NCBI GenBank assembly: GCA_026770705.1
Contig: JANJGN010000021.1
Span: forward strand, 100,874,001-100,938,000
DNA: 64,000 nucleotides
Direction of reading: 5' to 3'
Source of the DNA: Isurus oxyrinchus
Taxonomy: Eukaryota
The number at the start of each line of letters is the position of its first letter. Positions within the stretch are counted from its first letter, which is position 1. This document shows, piece after piece, positions 23,838-36,900 of this stretch. Below the pieces are notes generated by a model, which saw nothing but the letters and a program-made list of their open reading frames with translations, made no database searches and had not been told where the DNA came from. The translations under genes were made by a program, and so were the position numbers.

Positions 23838-26800
23838 TCTCGCTGCAGTGATGAAATTTGAAAACGGGGTGAATTAAACCAGCAAGGCGCGAAAAGAAGT
23901 TGCTTTCTAGCTATGAAGGGGGCATCATTCAAATTCCGGGCACATATCTCTGCTCCTTCAACATACGTTAACGGGATACCAAATGACCCACTGATTGTGA
24001 AACTGTAGATAAACAATGGAGTCATCGCAGAGCGGACGGAAGAGACTGTATGTCTGTCTGGAAACACCGTCAGTCCAAAATCATATTTTTGGACTCGCTG
24101 GTTAATTCGAGCAGCGAACGTTTGAAAGCCGGATTTCTAATAATAAGATAACATTATAACACTTTCCCATTCACTTTTCATTTAAGCGCACAGGGGGTAA
24201 TTTTCACCATCAGCCGTTGACTTGTAGAGGGAGGTTAATTTTAACTTTGGGTGAGTGTATGAAATGGGCTTCATCGAAATGGCCTCCTATTATACGTCCC
24301 GCCTGGCTTTTCCACCCCTTGACCTCAATGCAGTGAAAATCTTAAGTTGTGTACTGTGACTATTTTCATCCCCAAACATTTCTAACCCTAGCCAAACGTC
24401 AAAATTACTGCTGCAGAGCAGACTTTCTGCCCCCAGGAGTAGGAAACATTCTCGGGTGGTGACGGTAAAACGTTTGGTATCGGGTCTAACGCCAATTATA
24501 CACAGAGTTTAATAGTTCTATCTCAGTCCCATTATAAAACAGGTGAACTTCATCCTCATTGCTGTCAATGGTAATGAATGTCAGGCCGTTGCTATTAACG
24601 GACTCCCAAATCCGCCGGGCGAGTTCTGGTACAGGTGGTGAGTTGAACATTCATCCTACTGACTTGGTTACCAGTCATTGTCATGGATTCCTGCGTGAGT
24701 GCGGAACTTTTTGAGCCCATTTAGTCTGCTCGATGTAACTTGCCACATCTCTCACCTGTAAAGGGTTTTGTGTTGCAAAGTTTAAGTTTTTTTCCCATCA
24801 TATGGCTTATATTTTCTGTTTCAGTAAAACTAAGCTCGATCAGAGGAGAAAACAGAGGAGGAGGGACTTTGCCGGGAGGAACAAAAGGAAAGTGACCCAG
24901 TGCGGAACGAAAAATATACCGTCAGCTCTGGACGCCCAGTCCGATGTTGTGCTCCGGGTATACTCGCAGAATCCCGTATTTTTCACTAACGTTAATGTCA
25001 GAAATTTACACGCGTACCTGTATCATGTGAAGCCGCTGTGTATTTCGTTGGTCGGTGCTCACCTCCAAATACATGGTTGCAATAGCTGAACTGTCAGTTT
25101 GTACTTCAACCGCACTACTGAACAGCGAGTCTACCCACGCTCTGGAGGGTGAATGTCTAGTGCTGGGAGGGGGTTTATTGCTTAGGCGAGATTCAAAAGC
25201 CGTTAAAACTGCGGGAATGGCACTCCTGGAAGACTGAAATCAATCAAATGACCTTGAATGAAGCAGAACTAGAGGTAATTTTAGATTAAGCTAGAAACGA
25301 AACAATGGATAACTGGATAAGAGCTGTCATAGAATTAAGAATTATTGATTCTAAACGATGAATGAATTCCTTTTTTGGAGATTTGCAGTGTGGGCGGTGG
25401 GGGGGGGGGGGGGGGGTGTGGGGTGGTGTGAGAGGGGGGTGGTGGGGGTGGGTGGACGGAGTGGGGGGGGGGGGGGTGTGGGCGGGGAGATATGTGTATG
25501 TGTTTTTTTAAAGTTTGGTTACTGTTTCAAATTTTGTTCATTTTTCCAATGTATGATAGTTGTTACCATCGCGATTTTCAAAAGGTAATTTAAATCAACT
25601 GTAGGATGAATGAGCTTTTGATGGGATACGGCAAGACAATCGCCTGGAGCCGATGATGGTTCAATGCTTTTGTTCGGAACTGACCTCAGAACCTTTTTGA
25701 ATGAGCGAGATTGGACAGAATTACTGCCTCCCTTCTCTGGAATCAAGTTTGTGATGAAATGAATTGCATTTTCATAATGTTCACATGAAGTGGATTAACT
25801 CAAAACAATTCCCGGTTCTCGCAGTCAGTCGCCAAATATTGAATTACTTAGTAATTTTTCACTTTATGAATTACTTCAGTTAATCGCTGGAAGGACTGAC
25901 AGCCCAGGACTATGGTAAAATAAACTTCATGGCCAAGGACATGTAGATGGTCTTTATTTAATAAACTCTCAGGATTGTTTAGTTGTACGTCAGATGTATT
26001 TTAGATATACGTTAGATGTATATCAGATGTCGTGAAGGTCGTTAACTGAGTCAGTGTCACCGAAGCCATAATATCTTGCACGTACTATCAACTTCTGTAA
26101 ACCCCGCGTTAGTTTGCGGTTTTCCTGCTGGAACCGGACTACCGTTTGTAGCTTCGGTTTGTTTTAAAGCTTTAAAGATAATTTAAATGGAAACAAAACA
26201 ATTGGCAGAAGCCCAAAAGCTTAAAGGAAGAACCAGAAATACTCAAAACATCGAGTTAGTGGATCGACAATCGTGGTGGGAACGGACGAGGTAACGCTTT
26301 ATTGTCACACTAGATGAAAAGGAACGCTCCAAATGGAATAAAATTGTGTTTACAACAGGCAATCATACATAATGTTCCCTCTACTCCTGGATGATTGGTT
26401 GAAAAATGTACCCTATAACGCCTTATCAGAGATGGTCGCCAAATTCCTGTTAACAATTCGACTCGCCAAAAATCATTGTTTTCATTGTGGAGGGATTGGT
26501 GGGGTGGTTGGGCGGGAAAAGTGGGGTTGGGAGAAGCACTTATTGTGCGCTTTCTTTGCGTGTTTGTATGTACATAAATAGAAAATTATCCTTGTGGTGC
26601 ACTTTCAGAAACTGTCATTGTTTCCTCAGACACAACAGGTTTGAGAGTTCTGACCCGAGAGTTACAGAAATAATGAGAAACACATTGAAAAGCTTCAGTT
26701 AGCCATTCTTCGCTGCTCTTTTGCAAATTTGAAAATTCGATACACTGTTAGTGAAACCAGAGAATGCTCTGAAATATGGAGTTACAAGCAACTTATAAAG

Positions 26801-27454
26801 TCATCTCTGATCATTTCCTTATATTACTCATTACACACATCTCCCACGCCCCAAACTTCCCTCCCTCTACACCTGTCTATGAAAAAAATACATTCCCCAC
26901 TGTACTTGCAAAATCACAACCATCCTTTTATTATCTGTCCGCCACAACATTTCTGTACCTGTCAATTTACTCAACCTCACTCTCACCTCCACCTTGGGTG
27001 TCCGTGTCCCCAGTAAAACCAGTTCCCTCTCTCTCTCTCTCTCTCGCCTTACCCATTGCCCCGGCATGGCCTTCATCTCTGCTCCCTTAAGCCCAAGGGA
27101 GGCAGAATTGTAAAGATATTTTGGGCAACTGGTTTAGCTATTCACCACCAGGTCTGACTGGACCACTTAACAAAAACTAGTTTCTTGAGAAGGAGCATCT
27201 TTATTTGAGGTTGGCTTTGAATTATGCCGCCTTAAGTAAAACCTCTCTTTATGGACATATACTGATATTTACCGGGCTATGTCACTGGATAACTGCTTCT
27301 CTTTCAAATATTATATTAAAGTTATTATTAAATGTTAAGTATGGGACAATTTAATTTTTTTGATGTTGTACACATCCATATGACCACAGTTAATGAATTA
27401 TGACACTCAAGCTTGCATTCACCAGCTGGCAAAAATATGAGAGACATTCCAACT

Positions 27455-27770
27455 CTTTTTTATTCATTCACAGGATGTGGGCTTCGCTAGCTGGGCCAGC
27501 ATTTATCGCCCATCCCTAATTGCCCTTGAGATGGTGGTGAGCTGCCTTCTTGAACCACTGCAGTCCATGTGGTGTAGATACACCTACAGTGCTGTTAGGG
27601 AGGGAGTTCCAGGATTTTGACCCATTGACAGTGAAGGAACGGCGTTATATTTCCAAGTCAGAATTGTGAGTGATTTGGAGGGGCACTTCCAGGTGGTGGT
27701 GCTCCCATGTGCCTGTTGCCCTTTTCTTTCTAGATAGTAGTGGTCGTGGGTTTGGAAGATGCTGCCTAAG
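27455..27770 (-). mobile_element. CR1-clade family 2, 3' end
   Basis: tttttattcattcacaggatgtggg...gaaccactgcagtccatgtgg family tail. Confidence 0.87.
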
Positions 27771-28189
27771 GACTGAGAGGCATTCCAGCTGTGGGGTAAA
27801 GACTGGCCTCTCCCCTCTAGGTCCTGGTTTGACATCCAGAGGCCTCTTGGTATAAAAATGTTTTCTGCCTGCCTTTTGAGAATGCTGTGTCCCGCTCATA
27901 ATGGGCATGGTACCATGACATATCACTACAGTTTATTCAATACTTTGCTTTATTGAAAATAATGAAGGAAGGCTTTTTTAAAAAAAACTAGCAAACAAAA
28001 TACACTCTATTTTAATGCAAGCATTTACTTTGGTTGTTCGAGATCCCATAATTTCAGCATTCTAGAGAATGTGGAGGAAATTGCAAATTCTGCCAATACA
28101 AACTGGTCTAGATTTATTTCTAATGAAATATAAAATTAGACCAGGCAAAGAGACAATTAGTACTGCAGTTAGTAATGGGAGATGAGCAC

Positions 28190-30630
28190 CTTTTTAAAAT
28201 CTGCCATGGGATGCAAGCCTCGTTGAGAAGGCCAGTATATTTTACCTATCTTTTATTGCCCACGAGTAGGTGGTGGTGAGCCACCTTCTCGAAACCTTGC
28301 AGTTCAGATGGTGTGAGTACACCCACAGTGCTGTCAGGGAGGGAGTTCTGGGTTTTGTTGCACAGCGACAATAAAGGAACAACGATTGAGATGATACAGG
28401 ATGCTGTGTGGTTTGGAGGGGAACTTGCAGGCGGTGACGCACCCATGCATTTGCTTCTCTTGTGCTCCTTGCTAGGGGATGACGTGGATTTGGAGAGCAT
28501 TGTCGAAAGAGGCTCAGCGATTTGCTGCAACGTTTCTTGCACAAACTTTGCTCTGATGGCACTGTGGTCAGGTGGAGGATGGAGTAAATGTTGAAGGCGT
28601 TGGATGGAATGTCAGTCAAGTGGGCTACTTTGAAAAGGTTGGTGTCGATCTTCCTGACTGTTTCTGGAGCTGCACTCACGTAGGTTTGAGGTAAGTATTC
28701 CATCACACTACTGACATATGGCTTTTTTATTCGTTTATGGGATGTGGGTGTCACTGGCTGGACCAGTATTTATCACCCGTTGTGACTGCCCCTGAGAAGG
28801 TGGTGGGGCGTTGCCATCTTGAACCGCTGCAGTCAGCTTGTTCATGGTGGACTGGCTTTAGCGTGTCAGGAGCTGAGTTACTCGCCACAAAATTATCAAC
28901 CCCTGACCTGCCATTGTTTCCATTGTTTTATATGCTGGTCCAGTTAATTTTCTGGTAAATGTTAACCCCCAGAATATTGATGGTGGAGAAACTCAGCGAT
29001 GGTACTTCCATCAAATGCCAAGGCTCCTGCTTATGCGAATGCCCAGGAGATAGTTAAATTCTATCTTTTAGGGGATGGAATTGCCTGGCACTTGTGTGAC
29101 GCAATTGTTAGCTGCAACATATCAGACCGAGCCTGAATGTTGTCCAGGTCTTAATGCACATGGACAAGGACTGGTTCAGTATCTGAGGTGCCTGAAATCG
29201 CACAAAACAGTCTGAAATCATCGGTAAACATTCCCATTCTGAGCTTGAGTTGGAGGGAAGATCATTAATGAATTACCTGAAGATTTTTGGCCTAGGACAA
29301 CTGACAAGCACCCGCAATAATGTTCTAAGGTGAAGATGGTTGGCCTCCAGGAACCAGAACCATCTTCCTTTGTGCTAGTTATGACTCCAACCAGTGGAGT
29401 GGGTTTCCCCTGATCCCAATGACTTCAGCTTTTGTTATTGCTCCTTGATGCCGCACTTGGTCAAATGCTGACTTGATGTTGCTCTCACCTCATCCCTTAA
29501 GTTCAGCTCTTTTTTTCATGGCTGGACCAAGGCTGTAATGAGGCCAGGAGCCAAGTGGTGCTGGAGGAACCCAAACTGAGCATCGGTCGGAAGGTTAGCG
29601 CTGAGTAAGTTCCAGTATAGGTGGCACCTTCCATCACTTGGCAGATGACCGAGAGTGACTGATTTCCTGCATTGGGTTTGCTCTGCTTTTGTGTACAGGG
29701 GTTACCTGGACAATTATCCACATTACTACATAGATAACAGTGCTGTAACTGTACTAGAACAGCTTGGCTAACATCGCTGCTAGTTTTGGAGCACAAGCCT
29801 TCAGTCCTTCTCATACGAGGTTATCCGTTCTATAGGCTTTGCAATATTAAATGCCTTCAGCTGATTCTTGATAACACGTGGAGTGAAAATTGGCTGAAGG
29901 TTGGAATCTGTGAAGGTGGAGGCAAGATGGATCATCGGCTCAGCACTTCTGGCTGAAACTGGGTGCAAATGCTTCAGTCTTTGTTTTTTGTACTGATATT
30001 CTGGCCTCCCCCATCATTGATGGTGGGGCTACTCCGGCCAGTTGTTTAGTTGTTCACCACCATTGACTTCTGGACTGGCAGGACCGTAGAACCTTGATCT
30101 GATCTGTTGGTTGTGGGATCGCTTGGTTCTGTCTATTGCATGTGGCTCTGGCTGTTTACCACGCATTTAGTCCTTTGTTACCGCTTCACCAATTAATTTT
30201 TTAGGTATGTCTGGTGCTGCTCCTTGCATGCTCTCCTTCACTTTTCATTGAACTACAGCTGACCCCTGCCTTGATTATCATTGTCGAGTAAGAGATTTGT
30301 CATGCCATGAGGTTACAGGTTGTACTTGAATACAAATTCTGCTGCTGCTCTAGAGCACCTCATAGATGCCCAGGTTTATGTTATTATATCTGTTCTGAAG
30401 ATACCCAGTTAGCAAAGTCATAATGCCACACTACAGGGTGGACTGTTTCCTCCGTGTTAAGATGGGACTCCTTGTGGTGGTTACTGCTACCAGTACAGTT
30501 ATGTGCAGATGAGTCAGCGACTGGTAGATTGGCGATGGGGGTGGGGTACAAGTATTTTTTCCCCTCTTCATGGTTCTGTCACCATCTGCTGTACCCCTAT
30601 TCTGAAAGTTCTTTCCTTTAGGACTCACAT
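28190..30630 (-). mobile_element. Older, longer CR1-clade family 2 copy with a second short 3' end inserted (~28723-28835)
   Basis: Degenerate ORFs 28242-28754 and 29503-29814 colinear with the family 2 RT. Confidence 0.8.
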
Positions 30631-30734
30631 AGCTGTGAATCTGGATTACATTTAGGTCAGATTTCCTTGCCGAAAGGACTTCCGTGAGCCAAAAAGCTTT
30701 TACAACAGGGCGATGGTTTCATGGTCACCAAGCT

Positions 30735-31582
30735 GAGCGAGTGAGCAAATGCATGGTAGATGCAGTATATTATGAATAAATATGAGGTTATCCATTTTGT
30801 TAGCAAAAACAGGAAGGCAGATTGTTATCTGAATGGCTATAAATTGAGAGAGGGGAATGTACAACGAGACCTGGGGATCCTCGTACACCAGTTGCTGAAG
30901 GTAAGCATGCAGGTACAGTAGGTGGTAAAGGAGGCAAATGGTTTGCTGGCCTTCATAGGGAGAGGATTCGAGTACAGGAGCAAAGATGTCTTGTTGCAAT
31001 TATACAAGGCCTTGGTGAGACCACACCTGGAACATTGTGGACAGTTTTGGTCTTCTTATCTGAGGAAGGATGTATTTTTTATAGAGGGAGTGCAGCGAGG
31101 GTTTACCCGACTGGTTCCTGGGATGGCGGGGCTGACATATGAGGAGAGATTGAGTCGTTTAGGATTATATTCGCTGGAGTTCAGAAGAATGAGGGGAGAT
31201 CTCATAGAAACTTATAAAATTCTAACAGGACTAGACAGGGTAGATGCAGGAAGGCTGTTCCCGATGGTGGGGGAGTTTGGAACCAGGGCTCACAGTCTGA
31301 GGATATGGGGTAGACCATTTAGGACTGAGATTAGGAGAAATTTTTTCACCCATGGAGTGGTGAGCCTGTGGAATTCGTTACCACAGAAAGTAGTAGAGAC
31401 TAAAACATTGTATGCTTTCAAGAATCAATTAGATATAGCTCTTGGGGCAAAAGAGATCAAAGGGTATGGGGAGAAAACGGGAGCAGGCTATTGAGTTGGA
31501 TGATCAGCCATGATCATAATGAATGGCGGAGCAGGCTTGAAGGGCTGAATGGTCTCCTCCTGCTCCTCGTTTCTATGCTTCT
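30735..31582 (+). mobile_element. CR1 family 1 3' fragment inserted into a SINE (SINE halves ~30630-30730 and ~31585-31725)
   Basis: ORF 30922-31494 (LYKALVRPHLE, RGDLIETYKIL); SINE breaks at ttcatggtcacca and resumes at ttactgg. Confidence 0.92.
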
Positions 31583-32524
31583 ATTACTGGAATCATATTT
31601 GAACTATATATTTATTAATTAATTCACTTTAAATCCCACAGCTTCTGTGGTGGGTTTTAAGCTCCTGTACCCAGAACATTAGCCTAGGCTTCTGGATTTC
31701 CAGACCTGTAACATTACTATCAGGCATCAGAAACCCCGAGCCCCTGGTTGAGTTTAAACCTGCAGCAATTTTTGTGAGAATCCACTTCCAAACAGGGAAT
31801 TGGAAAACGCGAAGCCGGACAGGAAGACCCTTACAGAGGGACGTAGGAGCAGGAGGAAACCATGTAGGTCCTCGAGCCTGTTCTACCATTTAATCCTTCA
31901 ATACTGTTGATTGGTATCGCATATTTATTGGCAAGAGAATAATTCTGGTGTTAATTTTAATGTTGCAGGTGGTATAAAATGGGTGTGAAACCAACTTTTG
32001 CGTTCCAGTGATTTGAACAAAAAAGAAAATTGGGTGCTGTGCATTATGGGCAGCAAGCTTAGTGTTCGCCTATTTTACGCCACTCATCGGTTCAAACTTC
32101 CCCGTCACATGGAATACACACATGGAAACTGATATTTACTCACAAATAAATTTCCAGCATTTCTCTGTTCCTTGTTTCAGATTACCAGCATTAAAACGCT
32201 CTCCTTACCATGGGACATATTGATGGACACAATTTCATTGCATTTTTCCAGCTGAAAGAATTATTTCCAGTCCCATAATCCGGAAACTCTTTGGCAGATA
32301 GTTGATTCGTCGAGCTGTTGACATAAAGCATTTGCTAGCACACGTAGCTCTGCGGTCATGCAATTTCGCCGGTGCCCATAACGGTGCGCGAGTCCTTGTC
32401 TGAGTTCCTTTCAGCCTATAGTTCAGAAGCTGGCCAGCATAGCCATCTGAAAACCTCAAACCAGTGAAAACACTGACACTGCCAGCACAGCGAGAGGGAG
32501 GGAGCTGAAAATTCGCCTGATATT

Positions 32525-32544
32525 TTCCATTGCGTCACATCCTG
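32525..32544 (+). promoter_or_regulatory. Conserved proximal promoter element (overlapping ETS and CRE-C/EBP-like) of gene B
   Basis: TTCCATTGCGTCACATCCTG, identical to 55000-55019, starting 121 bp before the ATG. Confidence 0.7.
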
Positions 32545-32645
32545 TGGGTTTCATCGTTCTACATATTTTTTAAAATTGTGATCCTCACCCATCAGTCTCG
32601 AGAATAATCTACAAATAATTTCGTGACATTTACACGGCGACAAGC

Positions 32646-32688
32646 ATGGCTTTCAGTCTTGTGCTCTGCATTCTGACTCTGGGCTTTT
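32646..32688 (+). CDS. ncr3-like: Gene B leader exon (MAFSLVLCILTLGF)
   Basis: agcATGG Kozak context, hydrophobic 14-mer, T|gtaagt phase-1 donor, 43 nt. Confidence 0.88.
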
Positions 32689-33519
32689 GTAAGTACTTTC
32701 CTTAATTCATTTGTTGGTACAAGGTGGAACGTTAGGTCAGCCAAGAACTTTATCATGCTTTTACATGCTACCGCATTGACATAGGGTATGAATATGAAAT
32801 ATATTCGCCTGGTGATTTATAGCGGTGTAATTTTGCTTCGTCAGTCATGTTCTTTCCTTTCATTGAGAGTGGATGGGGCAGTATTACCCAAGTGTCCATT
32901 ACTTCCCTGTGAGCACAAGAGCTCACAGCTCAGCTCGACTGGCCTTCACTAGAGTACCACACGAGCGCATACCGCAGTAGGAGTAATCGAGAATGACAGA
33001 ATACTGGTTTCAACACGGCTTCCGTGGCCGATTGTCCTTCACTGGCAACAACCTAGATAAGATTACCTATCTCAGCAAATGATGTTAAGGCTTTTTTTTT
33101 CATATTTATTTATTGTTTCATGGGATGTGTGCGATGTGTTGTATTGTCCAACCCAAATCACCGTGGTTCTGGAGTCACGTGTAGGCGAGACTACAGCAGG
33201 TAAGGGGGGCAGATTTCCTTCCCTAAAGCAAATGGGGATTTTCGACAATCGATGATAGTTTCATGGTCACCATTGCTGAGACTCGCGGACATGGATGTTG
33301 TGATTGTGTGTTTCAGCAATAGACGACCATCGCCAGTTGATGCCCGCCACTAAATTAGGTACTGTAAGTGCTGGATTAAATACTATGCCATGCGATTTCT
33401 CAGGGAAATTGCAAACATCAACACTCATGATTGCTCTCTGCCTATTAATAATACAACATTGAAGCTGACTGTGCCTGAACCTTGTGAGAAGATAATAAGG
33501 TATTTGTAACCTTTGGCAA

Positions 33520-33685
33520 TGAGGTAAACGGGCGATTTCGGATGGGGTCTCCCGTTACTACACACCGCCCGATTTTCCTTTCATTCATTTCAATGAAAAA
33601 GAAAATACTGGGAGCTCTATAACGGGCAGCAGATCTGATATTGCCTGTTTTGGGCTGTCGCGAAAAGTTAAAATTATCCTCAGGG
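33520..33685. repeat. Degenerate palindromic MITE-like element (similar copies ~24190-24650, 31940-32105, 37880-38100, 58490-58630)
   Basis: Imperfect dyad centred on ttttcctttcattcatttcaatgaaaagaaaa. Confidence 0.45.
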
Positions 33686-33888
33686 TAGCTAAAGATAAGA
33701 GCAAACTTTATAATCTCTTGGTGGAAATAGAATCAAATGGGTGAAAGATAGCTGTGCTGCATTTAAAGCATGAGCGTCGCGTCCTTGACATTCCAATGCT
33801 TAATTTTAGGAGCGGAATTTCAAACACGTCTAAGTGCAACGTTTGTTTCTGGCTTCAGCGTGAAACGTTATTGTTTGCTCTTTTACAG

Positions 33889-34227
33889 CAGTGAGCACTG
33901 AGATGGTCACAGTTGTTCAAAGCCCGGTTTTCATTAAGGTAACCGAGGGGGAGATGGCGGTTCTGCACTGCATGCACGAAGGGATTAGCGGAGTAAGTGT
34001 CCACAAGTGGTACAGGGGCAGTAAAAATGGAACTGAACTTTCTAACCGTACAACAGGATATAGAGGCCGGGTCATTGGACCAAATAGGGAACAATCGGAC
34101 GGAAAGGCAGGCGCTTCGATTCAATTAACAAACGTAACGTTGAGCGATGCGGCGACCTATTATTGCAAAGTGGAATTTATAACAGCTGGCGAATATTATG
34201 GGCAAGGAACAACACTTATTGTGACAG
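33889..34227 (+). CDS. ncr3-like: Gene B V-type (VJ) Ig domain exon, NKp30/NCR3-like
   Basis: 339 nt, phase 1-1 (cttttacag| ... G|gtaaac; NAGNAG acceptor). VVQSP..EGEMAVLHC...KWYR..GTELSNRT.GYRGRV...DAATYYCKVE...YYGQGTTLIV. Confidence 0.92.
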
Positions 34228-34394
34228 GTAAACATGATACCTGCTGTTATCTTTAGAAATGAATTAGCAAAAATAGTAACATATACTTCAAGATTATGGG
34301 CAGACATGTAAGCAAAATATATATTCATTGTTGGCGGTAACATTTGGTTTTCTAATGGTTCAATTTGTGAAGTTATGCCCACTGGAACAGTACA

Positions 34395-34790
34395 GATATC
34401 AGATCAGAAACAGGAGCACGGGAAGGCCATAAGATCCCTCGAGTCTGCTCCAGCATTTAAGATCATTTCTGAACTGTTACATCAAATGAGCTTTTCCTCA
34501 CGATTCCCGTGCCTCTTGGCGTTCAGATGCCGACCGATTGTCCTTCTTGAATATACTGAACGAAGGATTATCCACAAATTTCTCTGAGGTAGAGAATTTC
34601 AAACATGCTCAACCTCCTGGATGAAGGAATTCCTCCTCATCTCAGTCCGAAGCCGCCGCCGGTTTATACTGAGACTATGATCCCTGTTCCTAGAATCGTC
34701 AACCGGGGCAATCGACCTCTCAGAATTGATCCTATTAAACCCGCTGAGAACTGTATGCATTTTAACGCGATCGCCTCTATTTCTTCTAAA
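34395..34790 (-). mobile_element. Degenerate CR1 3' end
   Basis: ORF 34599-34820 (LRTEMRRNSF) and CR1 3' UTR. Confidence 0.7.
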
Positions 34791-34964
34791 CTCTATATAA
34801 TATATTTTCTTTCTACTCAATCTCTTTTCGCATGCCAGGAATTAATCTGGCAACCAGAAGCTCCCAGCTTTCATTCGGTCTCAGTTGGCAGTGGATGATC
34901 TAATATTTCCTTGTTGGATTAGTAATGCTTGTTGGTGGAAGGAAATGATAAATTGCACCTAAAA

Positions 34965-36488
34965 GAAGTGGATGCACATAAAGTGGGGGCATTGGTCGAA
35001 ATATTCCAGAACTCACTGGATTCCGGGAGGGTCCCAGTAGATTGGAAAACCGCTAATGTGATGCCCCTGTTCAGGAAGAGAGGGAGACAAAAAACAGGAA
35101 ACTATAGCCCAGTCAGCCTAACATCTGTCGTTGGGAAAATGCTAAAGCCCATTATTAAGGAAGAAATAGCAGGACATTTAGAAAAGCTTAACGGAATCAA
35201 ACAGAGTCAACATGGTTTTGTAAAAGGGAAATCGTGTTTGGCAAATTTGCTAGAGTTCTTTGAGGAAATAACAAGAAGAGTTGATAAAGGAGAACTGATA
35301 GATGTAGTGTATTTGGATTCCCAGAAGGCATTCGATAAGGTGCCACATAAAAGGTTATTGCACAAGATAGGGTCTCACGGTATTGGGGGTTATGTATTAG
35401 CATGGATTGAGGATTGATGAACACACAGAAGACAGAGAGTTGGGATTAATGGGCCTTTTTCAGGTTGGAAAGACGTAGCCAGTGGTGTACCACAAGGATC
35501 AGTCATGGGGCCTGAATTGTTTATTATCTATATTAATGACTTGGAGGAGGGGGCAGGGTATAATGTATCCAAATTTGCTGACGATACAAAAATAAATGGG
35601 AAGGCATATTGTGATGAGGACATAAGGAATCTGCAAGTGGATATAGATAGGTTGAGTGAGGGGTAAAAAACTTGGCAAATGGAGTTTAATGTAGGAAAGT
35701 GTGAGGTCATACACTTTGATAGGAAGAATCAAAAGGCAGTCTATTATTCAGATGGTGAGAGACTCCAAAAAAGTGCAGCGCAGAGGGATCTGGGTGTACT
35801 TGTGCATCAATCGCAAAAAGTTAGCATGCAGATGCAGCAAGTAATTAAGAAGCCAAATGGAATTTTGGACTGTATTGCTAGGGGGTTGGAGTTTAAAAAT
35901 GGGAAAGTCTTGCTACAAACTTACAGGGTGTTGGTGAGGCCTCACCTGGAGTACTGTGCACAGTTTTGGTCCCCCAATTTAAGAAAGGATATACTGACAT
36001 TGGAGGCAGTTCAAAAGATGCTGTCTAGGCTGATTCACTAGTATGAAGGGATTGACTTATCAAGAGCAACTAAGCAGTTTAGAAGAATGAGGGGTGATCT
36101 TATTGAAACGTACAAGATTCTGAGGGAGCTTGACAGGGTAGGTGTTGAGAAGATGTTTCCACTATTGGGGGGATCTCTAACTAGGAGACATAGTTACAGA
36201 ATAAGAGGACACTCATTTAAAACTGAGATGCGAAGGAATTTCTTCTCTCAGAGGGTAGTGAATGTCTGGAATTCTCAACCCCAGAGAGTTGTGGAGGCTA
36301 GATCACTGAAAGTATTTAAAGAGAAGGTAGACAGATCTTTGAAATATCGGGGAGTTGAGGGCTATGACAAGCTGGCACGAAGGAGCAGTTGAGGCCTGGA
36401 GCAGAGCAGCCAAGATCTTATTGAATAGCGGGGCAATCTTGAGGGGCCGAATGGCCTACTCCTGCATAATTTCTTATGTTCTTATGTT
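34965..36488 (+). mobile_element. CR1 family 1 RT/3' fragment in the gene B V-TM intron
   Basis: DWKTANV, QHGFVKGKSCL, KAFDKVPH, FADDTK, RPHLEYCAQFWSP. Confidence 0.95.
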
Positions 36489-36654
36489 CGATATGGTGTC
36501 AGTTGGCGGGTGTGAGTGTAATGTCACCGGGGACAGTAAATGAGGTGAGACATTTGACGGGCGGCTGATCTGGAAACGCCCATTTTATTCTCCCGTCGAA
36601 ACTGAAGTTCACTCACTTTGGGATATTTCAAACTGAATCAATCAATTAATTTCC

Positions 36655-36900
36655 AAGCGCCATCGCTATTGTTATGTAAGCAAACGTAGCAATATTTTTG
36701 CGCAGTCAACTCACTCAAACAGCAAAAACATTAGATTAGCAGTTAAACTCTAGTAGCAATTTAATTGAGGGATAAACATTGATCAGGGAACTGGATGCAT
36801 TCCCTTGCTCCTCTCCCGATCCCATTATGGGATACTTGAATCTATCTGCACAGGCAGACGGAATTCCCCAGGCCAGCCAAGCATCTGTACCATACTATGG
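36655..36900 (-). mobile_element. Old SINE remnant, Deu/SacSINE-like (related fragments ~56960-57105, 60335-60430, 62395-62490)
   Basis: ttgagggataaacattgatcaggga...cccttgctcctct...tgggat pattern recalled from shark Deu-type SINEs; assignment by memory only. Confidence 0.45.

Noticed and set aside
26027-26090. V-like peptide VVKVVN*VSVTEAIISCTY after an AG
   Set aside because: Contains stops and no downstream Trp, YRGRV or YYC; probably chance.
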